64,000 bases of DNA from Antechinus flavipes (GCF_016432865.1 NC_067403.1:245210001-245274000); one strand, 5' to 3'. Numbered from the stretch's first letter, positions 11,655 through 25,483 are shown. Notes: generated by a model not told the origin, from the letters alone. Made by a program: numbers and translations.

Positions 11655-13330
11655 ATGTGATGAAAAGACCCATTTGCAACCAGAGAAAGAACTTTGGGAC
11701 TGAATATGGATCACAACATTGTTTTATTCATATTTTTTGTTGTTGTTTGTCTTCTTGCCTTTTTTCTTTCTTTCTCATTTATTTCCTTTTTGATCTGATT
11801 TTTTTGGTACAGTGTGATAATTGTAGAAATATGTATAAAATAATTGTACATGTTTAACATATAGTCAGTTATATGTTATTAAGATAGTAGGTAAGGAAAG
11901 GTAGGGAAAAATTGGGAAAACAAGATTTTTTAAGAGTGGATTTTGAAAACTATCTTTGCATATATTTTGAAAATACATAAACTATTATTTTAAAAAAATT
12001 ATTTTGTTTTTAATGTAGCTAGGGAAAATATTAAATAAAGAAAAGAAAATAGAGGAAAAATAGACAACTTTCTATTGAAGAAATCAAAGCTATCTATTGG
12101 CATAGAAGGAAGTATTCTAAATCAATTTTGAATAAAGAAATGCAAATTATAGTAACTGAGGTACACCTCACTAACTCCTATCAGATTGGCCAATGTGACG
12201 CAAAAAAGGGAAATTGATAAATGTGGGAAAATGTGGGAAAATTGGGACACTAATACACTGTTGGTGAAGTTGTGAATTCATCCAACCATTCTGAAGAATG
12301 AACTAAACTAAACTAAACTAAATTAAACACAAAGGCCAAGAAAATTGTTCATATACTTTCATTAATCATTACCACTATTGAGTTTATATCCCAAAGCAAT
12401 CATAAAAAGTGAAAATGACCTACCTATACAGAATATTTATAACAGTCATTTTTGTAATGGCAAAATAACGAGAATTGAGTAGATACCATCAATTGGGCAC
12501 TGATTGAACAAGTTGTGGCATATAAATATAACAGAATATAATTATGCAACAGAGTCTCTTTTTTTCCAATCAATTAATAACTGTTTTCAAGCAAGCACCG
12601 ATATTTTATTTTTCATCACGTGCATGTAATATTATAATATCTATAATGAATTATTCTACTATTGAATTATTCTGCAAGTTTTCTTTCAGGCTTCCAGAAG
12701 GGACTTAGCAAACTGAATGAATGTTCAAAGAAAGAACGGTTGCTTAAAGGAATTGTGATTTTTGGATAATGGAGAAAAGGAACCTTGATATCCAAAGACC
12801 TGCATCCTTCAACACCAAATAAAGAAAAATATAAGTTGCTTATAAAGAAAAAGAAAAGAAAAAGCCAAAATTGCCTAGAAAAGAGAGAAACTCACCTTAA
12901 TCCTCAAAAATTCCTCTCTAAACAATTTAAAGTAACTCCTTAAAACAAATGCTGGAACAGCAAACCCTCTCCATCAATTAAGGTTTGGTGAAGAAGGCAC
13001 AAAAATCCAGTGGAGAGATTTCTTTTTCACAGATTATACTCAGAAAACCTTGTAAAGACTTGCATTAACTGATGCAAAGTGAAATGAACTAGGAGAATCT
13101 TGTATACATTAACAGAAACACTGGATGAAAATCAACTATGAATGATTTAAGTATTCTCAGCAAAATGATTCAATGCAATTCTGAAGGAATAATGATGAAA
13201 AGTACCATTCACTTCCCAAAAAAAGATGATTGATGGAATCTGCAATCAGGTCAAAGTAGACTTTTTCTTTACTTTTCTTGAATTTTATCTGTTTTTTTTT
13301 CTTTCAAAACATGACTAAGGAACTCATTTT
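11655..13330 (+). mobile_element. Cluster of old L1 3' fragments (3'UTR 11655-12010, ORF2 C-terminus 12060-12550, 3' piece about 13030-13330)
   Basis: Homology by eye to the young L1 at 31200-32100 (..ctatcagattggc..gggacactaatacactgttggtg..). Confidence 0.7.
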
Positions 13331-13409
13331 AATGTTATTTTTATACCTGTAATTGGGGAGAAATAAATTATTATTATTTTTTTAATTCTGCAAATACAAG
13401 TAGTATTTC

Positions 13410-13652
13410 AGGGGAGTTCTTCTTGAGTTGTGTATAACTCTTTTTGACCCTATTTGGAGATTCTGTGGCAAAGAAACTGAGGCAGTTTGCCATTTCCCTC
13501 TCTAGAACACTTTATACCTAAAGAAACTAAGGCAAAAAGTTTAAAAAAGTATTGCTCAGTATCATATTTCTAAGATCTGAGACCCAATTTGAACTCAGAT
13601 ATTCCTGACTCAAAATCTAGCACTCTATCCAATGTATTACTTAGGTGTCCAT
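13410..13652 (-). mobile_element. MAR1/MIR-family SINE
   Basis: Antisense B-box tttgaactcag, core gaaactgaggc, MAR1 tail ggcaaag..gtttgccatttcc. Confidence 0.75.
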
Positions 13653-13905
13653 CTTCAGAAGCCATAAAGGTATTTACTACAATCTAAAATCACAGGTTTA
13701 AGAGATTTTGTCCAGACCTATGGCAGTGAAGTATTCCTTCCTCCAGAAACATTCTCAAGTATAGGCTAAATAGTCATACTTTAAAACCACCAGCAAGACA
13801 AATTGTACTGGTCACAGGATCAAAAATGTTAGAGTTAGAAGTGAATGAAGTGATTCAAGGATAAATTGGTACATGGATGGATGAATGAATGAGTGGATAA
13901 GTATA

Positions 13906-13909
<4 letters not shown>

Positions 13910-13946
<37 letters not shown>
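13910..13946. repeat. (CA)n microsatellite
   Basis: Direct reading. Others: (AT)n about 3065-3095, (CA)n about 23418-23470, (TG)n about 25432-25480, (AT)n about 27295-27323, (CT)n about 32495-32592, (CA)n about 35944-35985 and 49489-49524. Confidence 0.95.
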
Positions 13947-14669
13947 CAATCAATGGAAAAAAAAATTCCAGATCTTTAGGTAATAATGGAAAAGAGAACC
14001 AGGTCAAACTTTTGTGCAGCTCATTATCTAAGAAGATTTTAGGACATAGTGGTAAATCCAGTGAGAAGATCTGGAGGCCTCCCATCTTGATTAATTGCTA
14101 ATGTGTTATCTATACAATTGCTGTGAATAATCCCCATCCTGTATTCTTGATGGAGGATTATGGACACTGTTTATTCTGACCTTCTTTGAAGCAAATTCAT
14201 TTCCTGGAAACCACCCAACTAAGAAATAGTAGAGCTAAGATTCAAGCCAGTAACCAGTGATGTTGTCCTAGTACTTCCCTTCTGCCTCTATCTATTGTAA
14301 ATGCACTGGCATCTCTTCTCAAGATCTAGGATAACTATGCCAAATGTTTTATTAAGCAGTGCAATGCTATAGAGGAAACAGTTTGCTCCAAGATATCAAT
14401 CTACAATTTTCTAAATATTTGCATTACAAAATTGAAGAGAACCAGTGATTATTTACTTCAATTATGATAATGAATTGTTTAAAAAAACGAACAAACAAAC
14501 TACTACTTGCTAATTGCTTTTATTCCTATAATATTGTGAAATAAGGAGCGAAAATAACATTGTTTCCTTTTAACATATGTGATAACTATTCTAAAGAGAA
14601 ATGTGATCTTGTAACAGAGATATTGAGGGATCCCCAAATTTAAGTTCTCAATATATCCCTTGACTCAAG

Positions 14670-14825
14670 GCTCAGGATTTTTTCTCTATATAATCCTGCT
14701 TCATTAAGGGTTGTTTAGATGATTGGACTTTGAGCCAAAGACATATTCTCTCATTAAAAAAAATAAATATGGCCTGAGAGAGGAGCCATCCCCAGAGAAC
14801 TAAAGGGGCAATAATCATTTCTACT
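14670..14825 (+). promoter_or_regulatory. Putative OR promoter of gene 3 (homeodomain + O/E-like sites)
   Basis: TCATTA 14701; TCATTAAAAA 14751-14760 (= TTTTTAATGA antisense); TCCCCAGAGA 14789-14798. Block conserved upstream of genes 4, 6 and 7. Confidence 0.6.
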
Positions 14826-16619
14826 AAAGAGCAGTGCTCAGTGATTTCATCTAAAATTTATTTTTATGAGGCAGTCTGGCTCCTCTCATAGAGTTTGTTG
14901 GTGCCTTCTTTTGCATTGTAATATTTATGGGAGAAGAATAGTGGGCTCATATAAAAGGTTTTGATCTGTAATCTTGAAAATCTCAGATTCAAATCTTCTT
15001 TGGCATCTAATAGCTCTGGAATTTATAGGAAATGCAGTCAGGTTGAGTCTCAGTTTTCTCATGTGTAAAATCAGATTACCTGCAAAAATCTATTTTATAG
15101 AGCTGCTTCAAAAATGTACATAAAAAGTATAACTATTTTTTGCAAATATCATGTGGATGTAAGTAGTTACATATACCTCTATTATTTTCATTATCATTAC
15201 TGAAGAAGCAAAGAGGTGAATAATATTTAATCCTATCTATGAAAGGTAAGTCTGAGCTTTCTTGCTATCTCACCTTAATTTTGAAGATCTGAAGGGGTTA
15301 CTATCTATGACCTTCATGATAATTTTGAATTTTATGAACCTATTCAGCAATAGAGATTTAGGAAAGAGATTATACAGCGATTTAAACATTCTATTTATGG
15401 AACATCCCCTGATCTTTCTGCCAACCAAGGTATTTGTATGAAGGAAGCTATCCACTTCATCAGTAGTCACTTAATTGGCTTAAAAAATCATCTAGCTTGT
15501 TTTGGAGTCTTAAGATTTTTGTTTTCTTCTGTTTTGTTTTTGCCTTTTATATTTTATGCCACAACATTTCATCCATTTAATTTCTCTATTAAAAAAAAAA
15601 AAAACTATTAGGGAAAGGCAGCATCAGGCCAAATAAATATAACAACTAATGAAACATTCCACACCCAAACTCACTTCAAAGACACTGATCAGAAGAGAAA
15701 AGTCACCTTTAACTTGTCAAAATTCTTGTCCTGCTTTTGCTTTTCTTTGTTATGTTTTGCTTCATTTAAAAAAAAAATCATTCCAAAGTATTGGTTTCTA
15801 ATATTTGATTTCCATATAAGACAATATTTAGTTAAAATACTGTATTAAAATATTTGTTATTTTCTGATGATGACTCATTTTTTCAATTTTTGCTTTATTT
15901 TAGTAGTTAAAATGAATATTTTTTAAAATATGTGGCATCATTTCCCCCCTGTCACTTATCTCCTTTTAATATATCCCACAGTAATCTGATTTCTTAGCTA
16001 ATGTATAAGCATTTTAGTGGCTCGATTTCCATAATTCCAAATTGTTTTCTAGAATACTTAGATCTATTAATTTCTCCATCGACAGTATATTATTATTTTT
16101 AATGTCTCACTAAAATTCTATAACTGATTAATTCTAAAATTTTTTAATCTTGACAACTTGTAGCTATTAGGTGAACATATTTTTTTTATTTTCTCTTTTT
16201 TTTAAATATTAGTGATTTATTTTGATAGTTACTGATAAAGACTTTTATAAAATATACATGTTTTTGTCAGTGGGTAGGTGTATGGAGTTTTGTTTTGTTT
16301 TGTTTTGTTTTTTGAAGTAAATTCTTATTTCACTAAATACCTTTTAGTATTTTTAAATATATAGTTAGAATTATTAACTCTGTGTTTCATCATCTTTTAT
16401 TTCATTATTTATGAAGAAATATTATTGGAGTAAGAGTGCTGGACTTGAGTTCAAGAGAACCTAGATTCAAATTATGTTCAAATTGTTATGAAGTATGTCA
16501 TATTGTCAAGTTTATCAGCCTCTTTGCTTCATCTAAAAAATAAAAAATATATATATTATTTAATTTTATTATATTACTTAAACTTTACTTACATTAAAAC
16601 CAGTGATTCCAAATGGGGT

Positions 16620-17600
16620 TGTATATTTGGGCTACAATAATGAAGTAGTTGAAATTCCTGGCAATTAAGAAATTGATCAAAGGCTTGCATGATTCTTGTG
16701 TTAAATAGAATGTTGATCTATTTCTTTTGGTGACTCTAAAGAGAAATTTTATTTTTACACATTTTACTACTTCATAAAATGCTTCTTGATATCAGTTCAA
16801 TTCAATAAGCTTTTATTAAACTAATATAGATTGATAGTATTATGTGTATGTTATAATATAAACTTACATAAAACAATAAGTTTATGCACATACTTATGTG
16901 CATTTAGATAAATATGTAAATATGAGGGAACAGATCTTTACATGCATGCATGAATACATGTATGTGTGTATGTGTATATATGTATATATACATATACATA
17001 TGTGTGTGTATTTTCTTGATCCATAAAAATTAAGAATTATCAGTGATGTTCTCCAATAGTAGAAAGTAGGAAAATGTTTGTATTTTTGGGATTTTTTTCA
17101 ATATTATATGTTATGGAGTTCACCGAAAAAATTGCCAGCAGATAATTGAAACTAAATATAAATAGAGGCAGAGAAACTGAGTAATTTAGAATCAGTGGTG
17201 AATTAAAGACAGAAGACGTAGTTAGATTATTTTCCCAGTTCACAAAAACTATTGCTTTATGGGATGAATAAGTTATCAAATACACTATTTGTAAAGAAAC
17301 TTGAAGACAGCAGCCATGAAAAAGTTAAGAATATCAAATGATATCTTTTGAAAGTAGTGTAGAATTTTATACTATATGTAAGGTCAACTTTGATTCCTGG
17401 GAAACTGGGGGAGATATTACAGAAGCATGCACTGAACATAAGACAACTAAAGTTTCATTTTCAAACAATACATGGTTTAATTTTAAAACATGTTCTAACA
17501 AATTAATCTATATATGAATAGATGTAATTAGTAAACTAGTAGATTAGAGGCATATAGTAGAATTTATATTAAGTTAATGATTTATAAAAGAAAAATTCAA
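16620..17600 (+). mobile_element. Ancient L3/CR1-like remnant, shared with 840-960 and 23200-24100
   Basis: aaattcctggca..ggcttgca and gttctaacaaattaatct..gtagat..gaggcat recur in paralogous positions; resembles the CR1 RT TNLISF..LVD region. Confidence 0.45.
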
Positions 17601-19625
17601 TATACCACTACTTTTAGATATTCTCCTTACAGAGATCAAAGATACATAGAAGCCCAATGTATTAAATCATTCTCATAAAAGCCCTTTTACAAAGAATTAC
17701 TTTTTCTAGACACTAATCATTATCATAGAAGAAGATAAGAATTATGACTTCAAAATGGTGTTTGCTCTGTGATATTGAAATGGTAATGATGACATTAATA
17801 TTATTGATATTGATGCTGCCTCACATATCACATATTTCACTTTATAATTTTAAAAATCTTAAATATCCTGTCTAAAAATAATCTTAATATTAATTTTGTA
17901 AAAAAAATAAATTTTGATACTATTCACACAGAATACAAAAGAAAGCTGAAGCACTGAAAATTAAATGATTTGACCCTGACTACACCACCATTTCTCTCTG
18001 ATAGAGCCAGAAGCAGAATTCAAGGCCAGTTATCTTCTTCAAACATATAACTGTATATGATCTCCTCACTCTTTGGTAGAGGAATAGAAAGTATGGTGAT
18101 ATCACAAAGGCAAGAATATAGATCTAAAGGTAGAAGGTATCTCAGAAATCCTTCCTCATATTACAGATGAGGAAAATCAGGCTCAGAAATAATAAATCAC
18201 TTGCTAATTACAACATAGATAATAAGATTTGTGCTGAGATTTGAAGCTATTTTCTGAATCTACAATCTATGCTTCTTGTGTTATAACACATTCCCACCTT
18301 GAACAACGCAAGCTGGCTAGAGATGTATTATATTAGATTCACAAGATTTTTAATAATTTTATATAAATTTGCTTAACATTTGTATCAGTCAGATCAGTTT
18401 TCTTGGCACCTATCATTCCAAAAGAACCTAGAACTCTCCTAGTACTGTCTTATTACCACCATTCTCTACATGGAATAGTTATGCCTGGGGTATATTCTAG
18501 TTCAAATATAAATATATGAAATATTATATTTTACCAGCTTGCCTGGTCCAAGTAGATGTTGTAGTAAGAATGAGCTGACCAATATTTCACAATAAAATAT
18601 GAAACAGACTTAAGAATGATGAGCAAAAAGATTCTAAAATGGGTAACCTTTTATCACTACCGAATGAAACTGTAAATCTGGAAGTTTAGCCATCAATTAA
18701 TTGGGGATATATTTTAGGTAAGATATATTTTTGAAGAAATAAATGTTTTTCTTCTAACAAATTTCATTGAGCAGTTACTATGTATAGTGCACAGTTTGAG
18801 AGACATAACTGTATAAGACATGACTTTTGTCATTAAAATGTTTAGAAAACTGTCAAGAGTACAAGATATACATATGAGGGGAAAAAACCACATTAAGCAA
18901 AGGACATTTGTTAATTTTCCAATGTTTTGTATGGATCCTGTAATTTGACTATTCAAGAAATGCTGATGATGGAAGGAAAGTTCTTCCAAGAAGGATGAGA
19001 AGGAATACTCTGATCTTTAAAAGAACTGTGGGATGCTGTTAAACTGAGGAGATTGGGAAAAGCTTTCTAATGGAGAAAATAATACTAGGAGCAAAGGTAA
19101 ACAGACTGAATGATGCAAAACAATAAGGAAGTTTGTTTTTTGAGGGGGGAATGATTTATATCTTTTTAAAATTTCCTATCTTACATAAGGGAAAAAAATC
19201 CTGTTTGGGGGAAATTGTCATTTTATTTAAAAAGAAAGAATTATTAAGTATGGCATTGTGTTACAGTTCCTGTTGATACTGAGATTAAATACTGTTTTAT
19301 AGACCATTTGACCAGATACCTTTAACTGGCTGTATATTTCCATCTAATTTTCCAAAAAAAAAGCAGAATTTTAGTGTTGTTCTTGGCAGATATAAAATAT
19401 TTCATAACCATTTGCTAAGTGATTTTGACTATATTCCCCCAAATTAAAAAAAAAATGTGGAAAGATATTATGGAATGTTGGGGAGGGAAATTAAAACATA
19501 CATATGGGGGTAATATTCTGGTCATAATATCCATCGTTCTCTTTTTTTTCCTGAAAAGGAAACTGAGGACATAGAAGAAAGTGATTGGCTGGTCTTCAAT
19601 TCATTTTTCTGAAGCCGAAGATCCA

Positions 19626-20549
19626 ATGGAAGGAAACAATCTCACAGTTGTGAAGGAATTCATTCTCCTGGGATTTTCTGATCTTCCCAACCTCCAAGGA
19701 TTTCTCTTTGGTGTTTTCTCTGTCATCTACCTAAGTATATTGATAGGAAATGGTCTCCTCATTGTCATTACGAAGATTGATCCAGGTCTCCAAACACCAA
19801 TGTATTTTTTCCTGGGGAACTTTTCCTTCTTGGAAATCTGTTACACATCAGTCACTCTACCCAGAATACTGGCAGATCTCTGGACCCAAAAGAGAACTAT
19901 TTCATTCCTACAATGTGCTGTACAAACTTGTTCCCTTTATATTCTGGGAGTGGCAGAATGCTTGCTCCTGGCAGTGATGGCATATGATCGTTATGTGGCC
20001 ATCTGTAAGCCTCTCTACTATCCTCTCATCATGAACCACAATGTATGTATTCAGCTGATTGTGGTGTCCTGGGTTATTGGGGTTCCAATACTTATAGTAG
20101 AAACCTATCTGATTTTCTGTCTGAATTTTTGTGGCCCTAACAAACTTAATCATGTATTTTGTGATGCTCCACCATTATTGGAGTTGGCTTGTGGAGACAC
20201 ATATAAGATAGAAATCTCTGTTCAAGTTGCTGCTTTGGCATTTGTCATAACTCCATTTTTATTGATACTCACTTCCTATGTTAAAATCATAACCACCATC
20301 CTGAGACTGCCTTCTACCTCAGGTAGAGCCAAGGCCTTTTCCACCTGCTCTTCACATCTCATGGTTGTAGGCTTATTCTATGGGTCTGGAAGTATTGTGT
20401 ATTTGAGGCCAAAAACCCGCCACTCCACTGGATCAGTCAAAGTGTTTGCTCTTTTCTATACCACTGTCACCCCAGTATTCAATCCCTTGATATATAGCCT
20501 CAGAAATAAGGATGTCATTGCTGCACTGAAAAAATTGCTTCCTAAGTGA
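19626..20549 (+). CDS. OR10AG1-like: Olfactory receptor, family 10 (OR gene 3), 307 aa, intact
   Basis: Full OR motif set. The true start is ATG 19626 (MEGNNLT); the track's GTG start at 19581 crosses the paralog-conserved splice-acceptor region. Confidence 0.95.
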   Translation: MEGNNLTVVKEFILLGFSDLPNLQGFLFGVFSVIYLSILIGNGLLIVITKIDPGLQTPMYFFLGNFSFLEICYTSVTLPRILADLWTQKRTISFLQCAVQTCSLYILGVAECLLLAVMAYDRYVAICKPLYYPLIMNHNVCIQLIVVSWVIGVPILIVETYLIFCLNFCGPNKLNHVFCDAPPLLELACGDTYKIEISVQVAALAFVITPFLLILTSYVKIITTILRLPSTSGRAKAFSTCSSHLMVVGLFYGSGSIVYLRPKTRHSTGSVKVFALFYTTVTPVFNPLIYSLRNKDVIAALKKLLPK

Positions 20550-21674
20550 ACTTGGTCATAGTCATGCACAAAATACATGAATTGGGGTTATATTTTATTT
20601 AATTTCACAGTTCCTACAAAATACACATTTGCTTGGTTTTTATATTTCAATGAAAATGTACATAAATGAGAAACAATCCAGAGGAATTAAAGTGAAGAAC
20701 ATTTGCATAAAATTTCAATTTTCTTTTGCTAGATTGTGAAAGAGTTGAACAATTTTAATGATTTAAATGATATGAAAAATCAACTGACACCTTGAGTAGA
20801 ATCATGTTATGATTTCTATTAGTTGGGGGGGAGAAAATAATTTGCTTAATACAGCAAATCAAAGATCCTTGAATGTTTTATAAAATGTTATATATGTTAA
20901 TATTTATCAGATTGCCTACTGTCTTGAAGAGAGGGGAGAAAAGGATATAAAATTTGGAATACAAAATCTTACAAAAATGAATGTTGACAATAGTCTTGAT
21001 GTGTATTAAAAAAAAGATTTAAATACTATAAAGAAAAAAATAATTTAAACTTCAACATAGTGCTAGTAATTTATTTTATTTATATCCTAAGTGTTCTATT
21101 TTAGTGCAAATCATTTTATTTTTATTTTAAAATGGTATCATTAGAAATGGTTCAAAATATTTTGAAAAAGCAGTTGTATTCTTTCCTAGCTTTTTCGATA
21201 TGAGGTTGTAATAAGAATAAATACAATTTCTGCTGTCATTTCTATCACACAACAAGTGTAGGCAAGATGTAGGGATAAGCCCATTTTTAATATAAATTCC
21301 ATCTATCTATCTATTTATCTTTTCTTCTTTTTTTCTATCTGTCTCTCTATTTATCTATCTATCTACACACATATCTATGTGTGCATACATTTATATGAAG
21401 AGACTGACAGACAGAAAGAAGCAGAGACAAAGAAAAATCTGCTTAGGAAAAATTAGGAAGTTGGAGGATTTTAATAATTTCTTATCTCATTACCACAATG
21501 TCAATTAAGTACTTTGAGAACCTATTTTATGTTTTTAGAGCACATTTATGGATTTAACTAATAATATATGTATATGTTTCTGTATGAATGCTTATATTTG
21601 TACATATATGTAAAACATGTATATATGTTTATAGACATATATTATTACATGTGTGTGTATGAATTTTGCCTTAT

Positions 21675-21900
21675 ATAGAGTGACAATCCTGAAGTGAGAA
21701 AGACTAATTTTCTAAAGTTCAAATCCAATTTTAGATAGTCAATAGCTGTGTGATCCTGGGCAAGTCATTTAAGCCAATCTCTTCAGTTTCCTTGTCTATA
21801 AAATGAGTTGGAGAAGGAAACATCAAACTACTCCAGTATCTTTGCCAGGAAAACTCAAACGGGATCAAAAACAGTAAAGTTTGATTCAATTGAACAAATA
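21675..21900 (+). mobile_element. MAR1-type SINE (second partial copy at about 22655-22790)
   Basis: gttcaaatcc B-box, ctgtgtgatcctgggcaagtcattta, tail ggagaaggaaa..actccagtatctttgccagg. Confidence 0.8.
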
Positions 21901-23414
21901 ATAAATTAAATAAATGTATGTATATTTATATGTGTACATTTATATATGCATATATGTATATGTATATGAAGATCACTATTTGCTTTAAAGGAACATAGTC
22001 ATAAGTGTATAGATCTATATGAATCCATATATTTGTGTTTATATGCATATGGCATATGTATGTGTCCAAAATACATATATGTATTGATACACAATGTCAT
22101 CATACACATGCATAAATACACATATATGTGTATGTGTATAGATGTATATGGTGTGTATATGTTTATTTTAGAAATAGAATTATGTTATAGAACATAGAAG
22201 TAGAAGTGATAAAATGTAATATGCATATTAGGACATATAGAAATTAAGTAGTGAAAAAATGCCAGGATATGTACATGTAGGTACTTGAAGAAATAAACAT
22301 GAATATGACATGTATATATAGGAAAATGAAAAATTAAACTTTTTTTTTGAATTATGCTACAGTCTCAAAAAGTAAAACAGAAAAATTATGATAGGTTTGG
22401 AAACAAGTCATTATTCTGGCAGAAAAATTAATATATTAGTGGTAAAGGATTTAAATTTTCAGAAATTAATATCTCTTGGCTCTCTCTTCTCTGTGTCTCT
22501 GTTTCCCCCTCTGTCCTTCTCTGTATCTGTTTCTGTCTTTCCCTGTGTTCTCTCTGTCTCTGTCTGTTTCTCTCTTTCTCTCTCTCTTTGTGTCTCTCTG
22601 TCACTGTCTTCTCTCTTTTTTTTTTCTCTTTTGAATAATTCTAGACAAGACATTTAATGCTTTTTGCCTCAGTTTTCTCATCTGTAAAATGATCTGGGGA
22701 AAGAAATGACAAACGACTCCAGTACCTTTGCCAAGAAAAACCAAACAGGGTCACAAAGAGTTGGATATGACTTAAATGAAAGAATAACAATAGGTAAGAA
22801 TACTAGTCTCATTTCCAAGAGAACCTTCTTATTTCTTGAAGTACTGTCTCCTACTCTTAGAATATATGTGGAATGGCCTATTAATCCATGTCTTTTTCTT
22901 ATCTATAAAATGCAGGTAGTTCACTTTATGTTATATTACTTAGAATATTACTTACAATATCATTTTTCATATTTCTGACTTAATCATTGCTCTTAAATGA
23001 AAAATTATGGTGTGAAATTATTTTATAAATCTCAAAAAAAATTAGGAAAATGCTAGCTATTACCATGGTCTATTCTGAGCCCATGCATATGAACTCTATT
23101 ATTTTTTTCTTCCTCCATCAATCATTCCAACTACCTTTGCCTCATAAATTATATTTTTATATTTAGACAATTTATCATTTGTTTACAACTTTTATTTAAA
23201 TGATTGATTTTAATGACAAAGTATATAAAATTCCTGGCAAGTAAAAAGTTAATCAGAGGCTTGCAATAGTTTTCTAGAAAACTGGAAAGGACAATGTTTC
23301 TCTAGTTCTTTAATGACTGTAAGTGACAATTTTTAATTTACTATCTACATCTACTACTTCAGAGAATCATTCCTAAGTTCAACTCAATGTAGCTTCAATA
23401 CTGTAATCACATAA

Positions 23415-23468
<54 letters not shown>

Positions 23469-24249
23469 ACGTGTATGTATATGTGAATATAAAATAGGTA
23501 CTTGGAAAAATCATACTATATTTACAATAAATTTAAAAAGTACATAGAAGTGTTTTCTAATAATAGAAATTTTAGAATACTTCTATTTCCCAAATGTTCT
23601 TTTTGTCTTTATTTTTACTTGTATTTGGAAAAAGCAGGAAAATGGCCATTAGAAGATTGAAATTTACAGTAAGAGTATAGAAATTTAAATTTTCAAGTTA
23701 TTGACAATTTATTAATGCTAAATGACCCAGGCAGATTATATTCTAAGGTTGCAAAAAAAAAGAATTGTCTTATGTGATTAGTTAATAATTAAACCCAATT
23801 ATTTCTAAAGGTAGAATGTTAGAAAAATAGATGTTATCTCAATTTTGAATGTGAAGAAGAACATAGAAGTTGTATACTAAATGTTAATATAACCAACGTT
23901 GAAATATTGCTTCAGCAGCACTTATTGAACATGAGAAAATTAAATGTCATTATGTTTCATTGAGAAGGGGTTCTAACAAATTAATCTAATTTTTGTTGAT
24001 GTGATTAGGGAACTTGTAGATAAAGAGGCATGTTCTATATTATATTTATGCATATCTAACACATCATTTGAAAAACTTTCAGTGTGCCAATTACTCTTAG
24101 ATAATCTCTCTAGGAAGAAAAGGGATAGGAAAAAGTACAATACATAAAATCACAGCAATTCACAAAATAACCTCTCACAAAACAAACAAAAACACTTTTT
24201 AGAATTTGAGAAAATATAACACTCATTCCTAATTAAAAAAAAATCACTA

Positions 24250-24975
24250 CAGAGAATAGGAAGAAATGAAGTGTTCCTTTAAATGATAAAAAGAATCTAC
24301 TTATTATCACCAAAGTGTTATATATTATGGGCATAATTAGAAGCATTCCCAATAAAATCAGAGATGAAACAATTGTGTTCATTATAAACGCTCTTTAATA
24401 TTGTACTAGAAATGATAGTTTTACAGTTGTCATCAAAACCATTTGGTACTGGCTAATAAATACAGTAGTCAATCAGAAAAATACTTTAGGTTCACAGGAC
24501 AAAATAGTCAATAACTTTAATAATCTAGTGTTTGACAAACCCAAAGACCCCAGCTTTTCACTAGCTATTTCACTATTTCACAAAACTGGTGGAAAAATTG
24601 GAAACCAGTAAGAAAGAAACTAGGCATTGACTCACACCTAACATCATATACCAAGATAAGGTTGAAATAGGTTCATGATTTAGACATGAAGAGTGGTATT
24701 ATAAATAAATTAGAAGAACATAGGATAGTTTTCACTTCAGATTTATAGAGAAAGAAGGAATTTGTGACCAAAGAAGAACTGGAACTCATTATTGAACACC
24801 AAATAGATTATTTTGACTATATTAAGTTAAAAAAAAAAGGTTTTGTACAAATAAAACTAATGCATACAAGATTGGAAGGGAAGCAATAAATTGGGAAAAA
24901 TTGACATTTAAGTAGTCTGATAAAGGTCTCATTTCTAAAATATATAGACACAACTCAAATTTGTAAGAATTCTGA
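24250..24975 (+). mobile_element. Internally deleted L1 ORF2 fragment
   Basis: LEAFPIKSxMKQxC RT remnant, then KTIWYW..LVFDKPKDPSF..HLTSYTKI (collinear with 30600-31130). Confidence 0.85.
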
Positions 24976-24979
24976 AAAA

Positions 24980-25430
24980 ATATTTTTACTATTTCTGCCT
25001 TCCTACATTTGACTTTAAAGATTTTATGGTCTAATATATGATCAATCTTTTTATAGTTTACAGTATTGCCAAGAAAAATGTGTAGTTCTTTTTGTTTCCT
25101 TTCAATTTTCTTCAACTTTTCTAAGATACTATTCACCTCCTTAACTTTTTTTCTTATTTATATTATGGTTCAATTTATCTAGTTCTGAGAAAGATTAAGA
25201 TCCTCCACTAGGATAGTTTTGCTGTCTAATTTTTCTTGCAGCTCTCTTAACTTCTCTAGGAATTTTGTGACCATATCACTGGGGGCATGTATGTTTAGTA
25301 TTGATATTACTTCCTCATCTATGTTTCCACTTAGGTAGGATGTAGTTTCCTTTCTTATCTTTTTTAAATAGATCCATTTTTTTTTCTTTTGCTTGTTCTG
25401 AGATCAAGATTGCTATGCCTGTTTTTTGGG

Positions 25431-25483
<53 letters not shown>

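Noticed and set aside
19581-19625. 15-aa N-terminal extension of OR gene 3 in the ORF track
   Set aside because: It starts at GTG and spans the intron/acceptor region conserved in paralogs; ATG 19626 gives the same 307 aa as the other genes.
21540-22340. Long TA/TG/CA-rich tracts (also 27050-27600, 38450-38760) as structured elements
   Set aside because: Degenerate dinucleotide microsatellite decay with no consistent higher-order period visible.
22388-22657. S/L/V-rich or E/R-rich ORFs (also 32277-32678, 44710-45207, 55134-55358, 56066-56316, 62796-63128)
   Set aside because: Translations of CT/GA/TA low-complexity tracts.
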